From NCBI GenBank assembly GCA_043814055.1, contig JBDRKL010000009.1:13141-77140 (forward strand): DNA of 64,000 nt. The letters run 5' to 3'. Positions 52,564 through 62,524 of the stretch are shown here, piece by piece. Origin of the DNA: an archaeon. Lineage in GTDB: Archaea; Undinarchaeota; Undinarchaeia; Undinarchaeales; JBDRKL01. The notes beneath the pieces were generated by a model, which did not search any database, was not told where the DNA came from, and saw only the letters and a list, made by a program, of their open reading frames with translations. The position numbers and the translations under genes were made by a program. Position 1 is the first letter of the stretch; every line of letters begins with the position of its first letter.

Positions 52564-54549
52564 TCACTTTTGCGGCGGCAGGGTAACGTTATACCCGTCA
52601 ACCTCGTTTGCCAGTATCGTAAATGTAGCGGTGTTTGTGCCAAAAGGGGACAGCGTGGTCGTGATGATGTGCAGGTATAGTGGAACGACTCTAGTGTAGC
52701 CGCCGGGCGCGAACTCCTCGTATTCGTAGTCAATGTTCCACGGCCAGGAGTCAGACGTCCTGCCGCTTGAGCCAGTTGTTGCGTTCCAGGACGGGCTGCC
52801 GACAAAGTCAATAGAGGATACTGAGGCGCCGGACAGGTTTGTCCCGTTCGTGTGAATTGCCCTGACAACGCTGTACCAGCCGCGCCTGATTGTGGACGTG
52901 TCTTTGAGGATAGTCTTGGACGTGTTATAAGTGGTGTTCACGAGCCGGACTGTGCTGTTGAGCTCCGCCGATGCATGGAACGCCACATTTGAGGAGTCAA
53001 GCTTAGTGTCGTAGATGAACAGGACTGAGTTCTTGCTGGAATAAAACGCTGACGTGCGGGAATTCGTGATTTTGTTGCTCCTGATGTAAAGCCCGTTCGA
53101 GTCAGAGGTATCGTACATGTCAACTGCATAGCTGCAGTTCTTCAGCGTGTTGCCCTCAAAGAAGTTGTTCGCCCCTGCGTTGTTGTTTATGCGCAGGCAG
53201 GACTGGCCGCCAAGGAAGGTGTTGTTGGATATGGTGTTGTTTTCGTTAAAGTATGACAAGGGATTGGTGGTCTCAAACCAGAAGCCGTAGTTGCTGAACT
53301 TAACATAATTGTCGTGGATGGAATTTTGGTGCGCCATGTCATAGACATTAATCCCGTTGTTAACGTCCAGCAAATTTTTGTAGACCTCGTTGTTGGTTGA
53401 GTTCAGGACGGCTATGCCAACATTGGTGAGGTTGTTGAGCATTGTGTTGTAGCGGATTGTTATGTTGAATGACTCGGACTGAAGGAGTATGCCAACCAGG
53501 CTGTTCTTGTAAAAAACATTATTCTCAACAGTGCTGCTGTCCGTGCCTCTGAGGCTTATGCCATAGCGCGAACTTGCAAACGTATTGTTCGCGAAGCTGC
53601 TGCCGGTGCACCTTGTAGCGATTAGTGAATAACCGGCGTTCGTGAAGGTTGAGTTGAACAAGTTGCCAATGACACTGAGATTGCTGCAGTCAGTTGCGAT
53701 TATGGATACAGAGTAATAGCTCATTGTCGGGGTAAAATTGTTGAAGCCCACAACACAGTCGTTGCAATTGTCCAGCCCAAAGCCGCTGAACCTGTGGTCA
53801 AGGACGCTATTGCCGCTGATTTGCAGGCCGGACGACACGTTGGAATATATCTCGCCGAAGTCAACGTACAAGAGAGTTTTGTTGGTGTTGTTCAGGAAAA
53901 CATTGTCGGATATGCTGGTATAGTTGGAGTTGTTGTTGTAAATACCGTACAAGAGATTCAGGAGAATCTTGTTGCCGGTAATTTGGGCAGAGTTTGAGCC
54001 CGCTGATGCGAACACACCATAGTTGTTCCCAGTGATTGTGTTTTCCTTGACCACGGCAGAGGAGGACGCCTCAAGAAACACGCCGCGCTTGGAACTATAG
54101 AGCGTGTTGTTCTCCACAACAACGCCGTCCGCCGAACTGGAGTATATGTTATACCTGTAGCCGTGCAAAATGCAGTTCTTAACCGTGGACCCGCTGAAAT
54201 TAGTGTAGATGCCGTCCACGGACGTGCTGCCAGTAATGTTTGCGCCGCTACAGTCAAGGGTTATGTTTGTTGCGTTGAACACGAGGACTCCTTTTGCAGG
54301 CTTTGCAACAAAAACGTAGTTCCCGGCACACAGGGTTGTGTCGTTGTTAAGGTAGTATGGAGCTGTGACGCTGGACAGGTTGACGCACGCAACGCCGGCA
54401 TTTGCCGCCTTCTTTGCCAAGCCGGGCGGCATGGCATTTTCCTTGTCGCTGCGGGCGACGCACGGGGCTGATATGAGGAGAAATCCTAGAAAAATTAGGA
54501 GCAGTATGGGTCCAATTGCAACTGATTTTGTAGTATTGATTTGCGCCAT
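52564..54549 (-). CDS. Secreted right-handed beta-helix (PbH1/NosD-like) repeat protein
   Basis: Signal peptide. Many coils of the type NNTLYSSKRGVFLEASSSAVVKENTITGNNYGVFA. Dense N-x-S/T sequons. Confidence 0.7.
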   Translation of the reverse strand: MAQINTTKSVAIGPILLLIFLGFLLISAPCVARSDKENAMPPGLAKKAANAGVACVNLSSVTAPYYLNNDTTLCAGNYVFVAKPAKGVLVFNATNITLDCSGANITGSTSVDGIYTNFSGSTVKNCILHGYRYNIYSSSADGVVVENNTLYSSKRGVFLEASSSAVVKENTITGNNYGVFASAGSNSAQITGNKILLNLLYGIYNNNSNYTSISDNVFLNNTNKTLLYVDFGEIYSNVSSGLQISGNSVLDHRFSGFGLDNCNDCVVGFNNFTPTMSYYSVSIIATDCSNLSVIGNLFNSTFTNAGYSLIATRCTGSSFANNTFASSRYGISLRGTDSSTVENNVFYKNSLVGILLQSESFNITIRYNTMLNNLTNVGIAVLNSTNNEVYKNLLDVNNGINVYDMAHQNSIHDNYVKFSNYGFWFETTNPLSYFNENNTISNNTFLGGQSCLRINNNAGANNFFEGNTLKNCSYAVDMYDTSDSNGLYIRSNKITNSRTSAFYSSKNSVLFIYDTKLDSSNVAFHASAELNSTVRLVNTTYNTSKTILKDTSTIRRGWYSVVRAIHTNGTNLSGASVSSIDFVGSPSWNATTGSSGRTSDSWPWNIDYEYEEFAPGGYTRVVPLYLHIITTTLSPFGTNTATFTILANEVDGYNVTLPPQK

Positions 54550-54584
54550 TATAGTTTCCTACTGAAGTGCATACTATTTAAAGT

Positions 54585-55070
54585 TTACACCAGCCACGCG
54601 AAGACAAAAGTCAGGTAAGTGAATATAAAGAAATTCAGCACAGGCTCAAGCAGGACTTCCATATAGCGCTTAGCCATGTTCCGGCCAAACATAAATCCAG
54701 TTAGGATTGCAGCGCCCCACTTTACCAGACCGAGCAGAGCGCCGTATATGCCCCAGCCAAACATGTCTATAGTCCCGGCTCCGAGGAACGTGGCGAACGC
54801 GACCATTGGCACAAGAGTGAATATGTCAGGCATGAAGAGCGAAATGTCTTTTCTTAAGACGAAGTGCGCGGCGAGGATTGCGAACAGGCTGATTACGAAA
54901 ACCGGCACGAAGCCGAACGCGATTGCAGTCATTCCAATTAAGAGCGACGACAGTGAAACACCGGGAATGAGATAAAACACGAGCTCAACAAGGAACAAGA
55001 GCACGGCTATGATTATGAAAGTCATAATGTCGCCGCCCAGAACACTGTGCGGCAGTAAGTTGATTGCCAT
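54585..55070 (-). CDS. Membrane protein, unknown function
   Basis: About 5 TM helices. Possibly related to 33052..33711. Confidence 0.45.
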   Translation of the reverse strand: MAINLLPHSVLGGDIMTFIIIAVLLFLVELVFYLIPGVSLSSLLIGMTAIAFGFVPVFVISLFAILAAHFVLRKDISLFMPDIFTLVPMVAFATFLGAGTIDMFGWGIYGALLGLVKWGAAILTGFMFGRNMAKRYMEVLLEPVLNFFIFTYLTFVFAWLV

Positions 55071-55123
55071 AAATAATTTATCGCAGATAAGGTTTATTTA
55101 GTTTAGGGTTCAAATGATTGGAT

Positions 55124-55897
55124 ATGCAAGCGCTGAACAAGCCGAAACTTGAGGAAGCCGAGCCGATTGTATCGCGGAGCCTGGCGAACAAGGAACTTCT
55201 GTTGATTATTGGCTCGTGCAGCGTGGATTACAGAGGCAGGGCGAGCTCAAAAATGGGAGAGGGCGAGCGCATTGTAATGGTCAAGGAGGATTCTTCTTTG
55301 ACTGTGCACAAGAAGGACAGGCACGCGCCAGTAAATTACCAGACTGCTGGGTGCGAGATGAAAGCTTATTTGGAGGATGATAAACTTGTTCTTGAGTCCT
55401 ACAAGCGAAAAGTGCAGGACCACATCACGATTAAATTCTCAAGCCTGAATTTTGTTGGGAACTTCAAGCTCAAAGACGAGGAGGACATCACAGTCGCAGG
55501 GAAGGAGAAGGACTGGGTCAAGATGGTCTTGGCACAGCCGGAGCTCGTTGAAGAAGGTCTGAGGACTGAGAAAGTTGAGAAACGAATCAGTACGGGTGGA
55601 ATTGACATTTACTGCAAGGATAAAGATGGAAATTACGTAATCGTTGAGATGAAGCGGCGCACTGCAGGACTTAACGAAGTTAATCAACTTAAGCGCTACG
55701 TGGATGAGATGAACAGGACTAAAAAGGAGAAAGTGCGCGGCATACTCTGCGCTCCGCGCTTGAGCCCGAACGCGAAGGATATGCTGCACAGAAATGGCTT
55801 GGAATTCGTTAAGCTTGACCCGAGCATTGAGAAATTTGAAGAGGGTGTTGTGGATTTGAGGAAAGACCAGAAGAGTTTGGGCGAATTTGTCAAGTAA
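55124..55897 (+). CDS. nucS: Endonuclease NucS/EndoMS
   Basis: C-terminal RecB-like core GGIDIYCKDKDGNYVIVEMKRRTAGLNEVNQLKRYV. Size and two-domain layout fit NucS. Confidence 0.8.
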   Translation: MQALNKPKLEEAEPIVSRSLANKELLLIIGSCSVDYRGRASSKMGEGERIVMVKEDSSLTVHKKDRHAPVNYQTAGCEMKAYLEDDKLVLESYKRKVQDHITIKFSSLNFVGNFKLKDEEDITVAGKEKDWVKMVLAQPELVEEGLRTEKVEKRISTGGIDIYCKDKDGNYVIVEMKRRTAGLNEVNQLKRYVDEMNRTKKEKVRGILCAPRLSPNAKDMLHRNGLEFVKLDPSIEKFEEGVVDLRKDQKSLGEFVK

Positions 55898-55985
55898 CCC
55901 GCTTGGAAGAGTTTGCTAAGCTCAGCCAAAACAAACTCCATCCAGTTAAATTAACTTTTTAAACACCAAAGAGCCCCCCTAGTTT

Positions 55986-56114
55986 GTGAAAAGAATAATA
56001 TTGCGCGACGGCGAGGCAGAGCATTTTCTTGATTTGGGCGAGCTGTGCCTGGAATTTAACTCAGAATGGGAGCTGATTGGGATTGAATTTAGCAAGGGAA
56101 AATGTTGCATATGA
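55986..56114 (+). CDS. Possible 42-aa ORF, weakly DUF2283-like (GTG start)
   Basis: VKRIILRDGEAEHFLDLGELCLEFNSEWELIGIEFSKGKCCI. Support is weak. Confidence 0.2.
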   Translation: MKRIILRDGEAEHFLDLGELCLEFNSEWELIGIEFSKGKCCI

Positions 56115-56189
56115 AATCCACTCCGCGCTAGAACAAAACAAAAAACAAATAAAAAAAAATAGTAAGGGGACCCTGCGTTGGGTACCGCC

Positions 56190-56630
56190 TTACTCGTATT
56201 CGCCAGATAGCAAGCCTGTTTCAGTGTGGTTTATGCTGCTACCAGCTATGGTATAAGCTATCGATACCTCAATGCCCGTGTATGGATTTCCTGCGGTTCC
56301 AGCCGTTGCAGTGCCTGTGCATGTTTTTGAAGCGCCAACTATTGCGGCACCTGTTGCACCGTTGCAAGCGTTATCATCAACAGTTATACTGCTAATAGTT
56401 ACAGTTCGGCTCTGCTTGTCTGCGTTTTCGAAGTTAACGGTGACTGCACCCGCTGCAGTTATCGTGTAGTCTGTTACCTGAAATTCTTCGAATCCACTGG
56501 CCACTGTCCCTGCGCTCGGCGTGAAGACACCAAGTCTCCAAAGAGCGACTCCAACTATCACTACGATAATTATGGCCCATCCATAGGTCATGAGGTATTC
56601 CATTGCTGTTTGTCCTTTTTTGTTACCCAT
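56190..56630 (-). CDS. Archaeal type IV pilin with a class III signal peptide
   Basis: MGNKKGQTAMEYLMTYGWAIIIVVIVGVAL carries the KGQ / xxxEYL prepilin peptidase motif. TATA and gaggtgat lie upstream. Confidence 0.75.
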   Translation of the reverse strand: MGNKKGQTAMEYLMTYGWAIIIVVIVGVALWRLGVFTPSAGTVASGFEEFQVTDYTITAAGAVTVNFENADKQSRTVTISSITVDDNACNGATGAAIVGASKTCTGTATAGTAGNPYTGIEVSIAYTIAGSSINHTETGLLSGEYE

Positions 56631-56698
56631 TTAAGATCACCTCTGAGTGTGGCATACGGAACCGTGCTATATAAAGGTTTTGTAAGTGGAGAGAAGCG

Positions 56699-57904
56699 TT
56701 ACATAACCATCATGCTGCCAAACATTTGGGTTATAAAGTACCGCACAAGGAAGAAAATAGTAACCCCGCAGATTACGAAAATTGGAGCGTACTGGAGGCC
56801 TTTCTTCTCGTCGCCATTCTTGATTAAACCATAGAGGAGCGAAGCAAAGAACGTAATTATGATGATTGCAGTCAGTGCAAAGTAGAATAGGAAGTCAGGA
56901 CCAATTGAGGATGTAAAGCCCATAAGCCCCATGCCGCTAGCCGATGCGTCTGTAGACATATCACCAAACCCAATTGCCTCAGTCATCTTGGTAATCATTT
57001 CAACGAAGAATGTGGATATGCCAAGCAAAAGCGGGGCACCTCCGAGTGATGCAAACGCAACGAACATAGTGTACATAGAGGTGTTGGTTGCCATCTCTTT
57101 TTCAAGAATTAATAGTGATTGTATTTCTTCAGCGGTTTCGTCCAGCAATTTTGCAAGCTCTCCGCCGGATTCCATTCCCTCTACTATCAGGCGAACGGTT
57201 CTCCCGAGTATAGGGGAGCGAACGTGCTCACTCATTATGAGAAACGCCTCTGTGAGAGGAGTTCCACCCAGAGATTCTGAACCGACCTTTTTTATTTCCT
57301 TTGCGAACTCGCCAAATTCTTCGCGGGCAGACATCCATATGGCGCGGTCAGGCGTCATTCCCGCCCGTATGTTTGCAGCTATGAGCTGCAGGGCGCTCGG
57401 GAGTATTTTTTCAATCTCAATTGCCCGCTTGTTTACTTTTAGGGAGAGCATTGTAAACGAGCCGCCGAATATGCTGACAAACACAATGGGAACAGCGATT
57501 AGTGCGTAGAACATTGGGAGATATCCCAACATAAAAAGAGCCAACGGCAATGCAATTGCCATCACTATGGCTAGGATTATGCGCTTTGCAACCCAGATAG
57601 AGCCTGAACCTGAGAGCCCAGCGTACACCAGTAGCTTGGAAGCACTAACACCCCATTTTGTTGGGAGCATGCGGCTAAATTTCTTGTAGCGATTCTTGGT
57701 TTTTTCCGCGTTCTTCACCTTTGGCATTTCCTTTGAGGCTTCCTTTAGGATTTCCTTTGAGGCTTCCTTGGGCATTTCCTTCAGCACCCTCTTTAGAATT
57801 TCCTTTGATTTTTCCTTGGGCATTTCCTTCAGAGCCCCCTTTAGGATTTCCTTTGCTTTTTCCTTTGGCGGTTCCTTGGAGATTTTCTTTGCTTTTTTCA
57901 TCAC
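56699..57904 (-). CDS. Type IV pilus platform protein (T2SS-F / TadC / FlaJ-like) with an N-terminal KEILKE repeat region
   Basis: T2SSF-like segment LPSALQLIAANIRAGMTPDRAI, multiple TM helices, and N-terminal PKE[KA]SKEILK repeats. Confidence 0.75.
   Translation of the reverse strand: MMKKAKKISKEPPKEKAKEILKGALKEMPKEKSKEILKRVLKEMPKEASKEILKEASKEMPKVKNAEKTKNRYKKFSRMLPTKWGVSASKLLVYAGLSGSGSIWVAKRIILAIVMAIALPLALFMLGYLPMFYALIAVPIVFVSIFGGSFTMLSLKVNKRAIEIEKILPSALQLIAANIRAGMTPDRAIWMSAREEFGEFAKEIKKVGSESLGGTPLTEAFLIMSEHVRSPILGRTVRLIVEGMESGGELAKLLDETAEEIQSLLILEKEMATNTSMYTMFVAFASLGGAPLLLGISTFFVEMITKMTEAIGFGDMSTDASASGMGLMGFTSSIGPDFLFYFALTAIIIITFFASLLYGLIKNGDEKKGLQYAPIFVICGVTIFFLVRYFITQMFGSMMVM
57690..57900. 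repeat. Imperfect tandem DNA repeats encoding the KEILKE-type peptide repeats
   Basis: Units such as ggcatttccttcag.../tttaggatttcctttg... recur. Three spurious overlapping ORFs appear in the track here (one on the minus strand, two on the plus strand). Confidence 0.7.
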
Positions 57905-58806
57905 GCACCTATTATTGGCCTCTTAGTCTTCATGAAACTCAGATAGAACACCTGGAAGAAGAGGATGAATATGAGTATTAAATAAAACACTGATGCTCCT
58001 GCGCCAACACCCATAAACGCGCTCATCACAATGAGGAACGTTATTCCGAGAGAGGGCATTATAATGCCGCCCATCATGTACATCATGGTCCACGGATTCA
58101 TTTCCTGCCCATACTTCTTGATTGTAAGCATCTGCTCTTTCTCAAGGTCCTTGACAAGCGATTTGAGGGTTTCCCCGATATCAGAACCAGCCTTGAGGGC
58201 GTTTGAAATTTGCCAGATAACTTTTCTCAATGGGAGGGATGGATTTTCAAACGCTGCCTTCTCAAGCGCTTGCTCCTCAGGCATTCCAACGTTCACGTCC
58301 TTGATAACGCTGCGGAACTCATCAGATACAGTTCCATAGCCCCCTTTTGCAACACTTGCTATCCCATTGAACAGCGTAACGCCGGAGCGCACTTCAATGA
58401 GAATGTGCCTTATCGCGAAAAGCAGGTCGCGCTCAAGAAATTTCATCCTGCGCTTGGCTTGCACAAGCGGGAACGCAAGCAAGTAAAAGAAGCACATCAC
58501 TGTAAGAGGGATTGAAACCATAAATATTATGTCAATTGATGCCAGCAAACTTTCCCCGCCAGCGAGTATGGTGCCGACCATTAAAAGCGACGAGAGCACA
58601 AACCAGAAAATCGTGCTGTAAATTGTAATCGCAAGGTACTCCTCTGCCTTTATGTCAATGCGGCCCTGGATAAGGTTTGAAGAAAGATTTGGAAACTTTA
58701 GGAGCAGCTTCGTGGCAATACCCCTGAATCGCTTCGCCTTCTGCTTCGCCGTTTCTATTGGAAATGGAACAAATGGAATTCTCATTTTATCATTGATTGT
58801 TGACAA
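57901..58806 (-). CDS. Second pilus platform protein (T2SS-F / TadB-like)
   Basis: RDLLFAIRHILIEVRSGVTLFNGIASVA plus TM helices. Coupled to both neighbours by overlaps. Confidence 0.7.
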   Translation of the reverse strand: MSTINDKMRIPFVPFPIETAKQKAKRFRGIATKLLLKFPNLSSNLIQGRIDIKAEEYLAITIYSTIFWFVLSSLLMVGTILAGGESLLASIDIIFMVSIPLTVMCFFYLLAFPLVQAKRRMKFLERDLLFAIRHILIEVRSGVTLFNGIASVAKGGYGTVSDEFRSVIKDVNVGMPEEQALEKAAFENPSLPLRKVIWQISNALKAGSDIGETLKSLVKDLEKEQMLTIKKYGQEMNPWTMMYMMGGIIMPSLGITFLIVMSAFMGVGAGASVFYLILIFILFFQVFYLSFMKTKRPIIGA

Positions 58807-60517
58807 TCTTGAACGGGTCCTCGTTTTTCTTCAGTGCTGTGAGCACTTTATCCGGATCAATGTAATAGGTGCTGACCAGCTTGCCAACATCGTTTATGTT
58901 TCGCAGGTTGTGCTTAAGCATCCAGTTAAGCAGATTCTCCTTATCCACCAGGTCTTGCCCTATTTCCTTGGCGTTCATTCCTGTGCGGATTTCAAGCTCG
59001 TTTATGATTCGCGTACTCGGATTGACCGAAAGCTGTGCATCATCCTTGGCTGTCCACTTGTAGAGTATGTTGAACTTGACCTTGAGCTCGCCCGCGTACT
59101 CCTCTGGGAGCTCAACCTCTGCAACTTGGAATGTTCTTCTTATGTTCAACTGCCTCTGCCTGAATTGGACGAGTATCAAGTGCAGTGACTCAAGCATTTC
59201 CATTGGCACGTTTATTGGCGGGTTGACAAGGCGCCGGTAGGTCTGTGAGACCGTGTCCGCGTGGAGCGTTGCATAGACCGCGTGGCCCGTGTGCATTGCC
59301 TCAAAGAGAACCTCAGCCTGCTCTGCTCGCCTCACCTCACCCACGATTATCCTGTCAGGCCTCTGCCTGAGCGAGTTTACCATCAGGTCCAGCATGCTTA
59401 TCTCACCCTTACCTTCTGGGTTGGGCGAGCGCGTTACCATTGGAACCCAGTGCAAGAAATCTGGAAGCTGGAGCTCGCGGGTGTCTTCTATGCTCACTAT
59501 GCGCTGATTCGGCGGTATGAACGGGGTGAGAGCGTTGAGCATTGAGGTTTTTCCAGAGCCTGTGCCGCCAGCGATGAGCATATTCATCTCATTTTGGATT
59601 GCCATCCAGAGCATAGCTGCAACCTTGCTGTTCAGCGTGTTCACTTTTGGGTCAAGAAAGTCAATCATTGTCCACGGCTTGCGCGCGAACTTTCTTATCG
59701 TGATTGTGTTTCCGTGAGTGGAAATCGGGGAGAGTGTTGCGTTGACACGGTCCCCTGAGGATAGGCGAGCGTCCATTAACGGGTGCAGGCTCGTTATTTC
59801 TCGGCCAACCCTGCGGCCTATGAGAGATGAGTAATTGTGGATTTGCTCCTCACTGTCAAGCGAGATATTGCTCTTGAGCCAGCCATACTTCTTGTGATAC
59901 ACCCAAGTTGGCTCCTCCGCGTTGTTGATAACTATTTCTTCAAGGTCGTCGTCCGCGAAGAGAAGCTCAAGCTTGCCCAGCCCAAGCATCCGGTGAATTA
60001 GGTAGTTCAGGAGAACGTCCTTCTGCTCGCCCTGCAGCTGCTTGAACTCATTTGTTATGACCTTGTTTGCAGTGTCCTTGTAGCGCTTCTTGAGCTCGTT
60101 GAAAGCGTGGGGATTAACTATTTCCTCAACTTCAACCTTGACCTCTTCTATGAGGCGTTCGCGAATGTCCTCCATCAAGAGCTGTGTTGCTGGCGGCACT
60201 CGGGGGTACTCGCAATTGTAGAGCAGCACGAATTCCTGGGGGTCCTTGATTATCTGAACCTTGGTAGTGAGCTCGTCTGACTTCACGTCGTAGGCGCAAA
60301 GAACTTTTGCACCCGATGAAACCACGAAGCTGGAATGATTTTTCAGGCTCTCTGCCTTTGTGAGAGACCGCAGAAGTTCTTTGGTGTCACTTGCAGGGAT
60401 TAGTTTTTTTTCTTCTTTTTTTGTAGGAGGCTTTTTTAGTATTGCCCGCTCAAACTCCAGCTCAAGCTTCTTTACTTGTTCATTCGTATCCACCTGCTTT
60501 TTCGCGTGTTTTTTCAC
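58790..60517 (-). CDS. Type II/IV secretion ATPase (FlaI/TadA/VirB11 family)
   Basis: Walker A AGGTGSGKTSMLNAL, SIEDTRELQL, Walker B DRIIVGEVR, and His box ATLHA. Confidence 0.9.
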   Translation of the reverse strand: MKKHAKKQVDTNEQVKKLELEFERAILKKPPTKKEEKKLIPASDTKELLRSLTKAESLKNHSSFVVSSGAKVLCAYDVKSDELTTKVQIIKDPQEFVLLYNCEYPRVPPATQLLMEDIRERLIEEVKVEVEEIVNPHAFNELKKRYKDTANKVITNEFKQLQGEQKDVLLNYLIHRMLGLGKLELLFADDDLEEIVINNAEEPTWVYHKKYGWLKSNISLDSEEQIHNYSSLIGRRVGREITSLHPLMDARLSSGDRVNATLSPISTHGNTITIRKFARKPWTMIDFLDPKVNTLNSKVAAMLWMAIQNEMNMLIAGGTGSGKTSMLNALTPFIPPNQRIVSIEDTRELQLPDFLHWVPMVTRSPNPEGKGEISMLDLMVNSLRQRPDRIIVGEVRRAEQAEVLFEAMHTGHAVYATLHADTVSQTYRRLVNPPINVPMEMLESLHLILVQFRQRQLNIRRTFQVAEVELPEEYAGELKVKFNILYKWTAKDDAQLSVNPSTRIINELEIRTGMNAKEIGQDLVDKENLLNWMLKHNLRNINDVGKLVSTYYIDPDKVLTALKKNEDPFKIVNNQ

Positions 60518-61416
60518 TTTTTACGACCCCACCGCTTCTTGGAATTCATCTTGACCTGCGCCTTGTCAACTGTTTTTGCCTTTTTTTCAATGTCCTTAAG
60601 CTCCTTTTCAAGCTTCTTAAGTTCAAACTCTATCGCGTTTATGCTTTCTGGGCTTGATTTCTTGAGCTTCTTGAGTTCGTCCAAGTGCGAAGTTACGTCC
60701 TTTGCCTGTGATAATTTTTGAAGCAGGGATCCCACCAAAGAGTTTAGGTGATTTTTTGTTTCCACCAGTGTTATTCGCGCGTGGTCTGTCTTTTCTATGA
60801 GTTCCTTCTCTTCCTGCTCTGTCTTTTTCAAAGCAGACTCAACAGCCTCACATTCCTTCTTGATGCCAATGAATTCCTTTTCAAGGCCTTCCATCAGCTT
60901 CACCTTGTCTGTGAGTTCCTTAACGAGATGAATTAAATCCTGCTTCTCTGGGAGAGGTTCCTTTGCGGTTTTCTTCGCGAGCTCTGCACCTTCCTCAACT
61001 GCCTTTGAAAGCTTTTCCTCCGCGAGCTTTATCTCAGATACCTTGTCCTTGATGGTGCGTGTATCCTCGGTCTCGTCTTCAAAGAGTGCTTCGCCCTCTT
61101 CAAGTTTTTTAGGCACTTCAGTCTTTTCCTCAGTTAGCTTTGTCCCCTTCTTCTGATTTTTAAGATCCGCGACCTTTTCGTTTATTTCCTCTTTTTTCTT
61201 CTCAATGGTCGAGACTATTATAGGGTCGCCCATTCTAGGGTATTGTATTTCAATGTGAGTTTCATTCTTGTGTTTTGAGAGCAGATTTGCCCATTCCTCT
61301 ACCTGCCCCTCGGATATTCCAAGAATCGAGGCAGCCTCTGGGAAAGTCATCTTGCCGCGCTTCATAATTTCATCTACAAACCTGTCCATTTGAGTTTCAA
61401 GTTGTTCTGTTGTCAT
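60514..61416 (-). CDS. Coiled-coil protein with an N-terminal HTH-like domain, pilus-operon member
   Basis: MTFPEAASILGISEGQVEEWANLLSK followed by about 200 aa of heptad-like Glu/Lys/Leu sequence. Confidence 0.5.
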   Translation of the reverse strand: MTTEQLETQMDRFVDEIMKRGKMTFPEAASILGISEGQVEEWANLLSKHKNETHIEIQYPRMGDPIIVSTIEKKKEEINEKVADLKNQKKGTKLTEEKTEVPKKLEEGEALFEDETEDTRTIKDKVSEIKLAEEKLSKAVEEGAELAKKTAKEPLPEKQDLIHLVKELTDKVKLMEGLEKEFIGIKKECEAVESALKKTEQEEKELIEKTDHARITLVETKNHLNSLVGSLLQKLSQAKDVTSHLDELKKLKKSSPESINAIEFELKKLEKELKDIEKKAKTVDKAQVKMNSKKRWGRKK

Positions 61417-61429
61417 TTCATATCACCTC

Positions 61430-62524
61430 TTAATCGTATAGCGCCCCATCAACATTGTAATATGACGCGTGGTCGTTAGTCCCTGCCTGATCATCTATCC
61501 TAAACCAGCTGTACTGGGCGGTCACGTTTATCACTTTCCTGCCCCCAACTGGCGAGCCGAAATACACGTGGTCAACACAGCTCTGGTTCTCCTTGATTAT
61601 TGTGGACTGGAGCCCGCTTGGTATTCTGGACTGCAATTCGGAGACGCTAACGAACGTTTCCAGGCCTATGGTAACGTTAGCTTTGGGTATATTTAACCCT
61701 TCTTCTACAAACATGTCGTGAGCCATCGTCACGTAATAATCGTGCCGCGTGGCGTCGTCCAAGTCGCCGAGCTTGCCCTCAAGCCGCTCAAAAAAGCACG
61801 GGCCGTCTATGCTCTCGTAGTAAGTCTTGTTGTATATTGCGTCAATCATCAGGTCAGTATTGCCAAGCTCACCTGGGCTGTGCGAGCCTTGCGAGATGAC
61901 CCTGCTCACGTGGCCGTAGGTTTCCAGCGTGTACAGGGGGTCTTCTGTGCCGGTTATGCCAACCTCGCCGTTTATCCAGTTGTCAGCTCTTGGCAAGGAG
62001 CCGTTAAAAGTGCAGTAGCCGTAATTGTCAACAAGCGTGAAATTTTCAACCCGGATTCTAACCCGGAATTCCCAGGGGGTGTAGGGCACGACATCTATGG
62101 TGAATTGTGAAAGCTCCATGTTTGAGGTGAACGCGCGCTGCTCTGCAAGCGAATTTATCTTTGGAATCCAGTCTGCAAGAGTCTGATTTTCCAACTGGTA
62201 AACCGCCTCCCCGTCCAGGGTTCCGTTGCGCACCATAACCTCAATGCGCTCGGTGGCATTTCCAAATGGATTGCCCTCGGTTACCACAAGGTCAACCGCA
62301 TGGATCGCTGACCTCTTTCCAGAAATCACCGCAGCCCTGTCAAGGTCGCGCTCCATATCGTCAAGGAATGATATCATTTCATCACACCTTACGCGATAGA
62401 CCATTGACTCGCCGTGCTCGCGGGTCTGCTCCATCCTGATTGCGACCGTGCTGAGAAGCACCACTGCAAAAAGCGCTGCAATCACTGTGAGAACCATTGC
62501 CTTTTTGTTCCTGATTGCCCTCAT
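61430..62524 (-). CDS. Large pilin-like / pilus-associated secreted protein (start at MRAIRNKKA)
   Basis: Basic N-terminus followed by a hydrophobic helix MVLTVIAALFAVVLL (class-III-signal-like). ATGA overlap with the vWA gene. Confidence 0.45.
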   Translation of the reverse strand: MRAIRNKKAMVLTVIAALFAVVLLSTVAIRMEQTREHGESMVYRVRCDEMISFLDDMERDLDRAAVISGKRSAIHAVDLVVTEGNPFGNATERIEVMVRNGTLDGEAVYQLENQTLADWIPKINSLAEQRAFTSNMELSQFTIDVVPYTPWEFRVRIRVENFTLVDNYGYCTFNGSLPRADNWINGEVGITGTEDPLYTLETYGHVSRVISQGSHSPGELGNTDLMIDAIYNKTYYESIDGPCFFERLEGKLGDLDDATRHDYYVTMAHDMFVEEGLNIPKANVTIGLETFVSVSELQSRIPSGLQSTIIKENQSCVDHVYFGSPVGGRKVINVTAQYSWFRIDDQAGTNDHASYYNVDGALYD

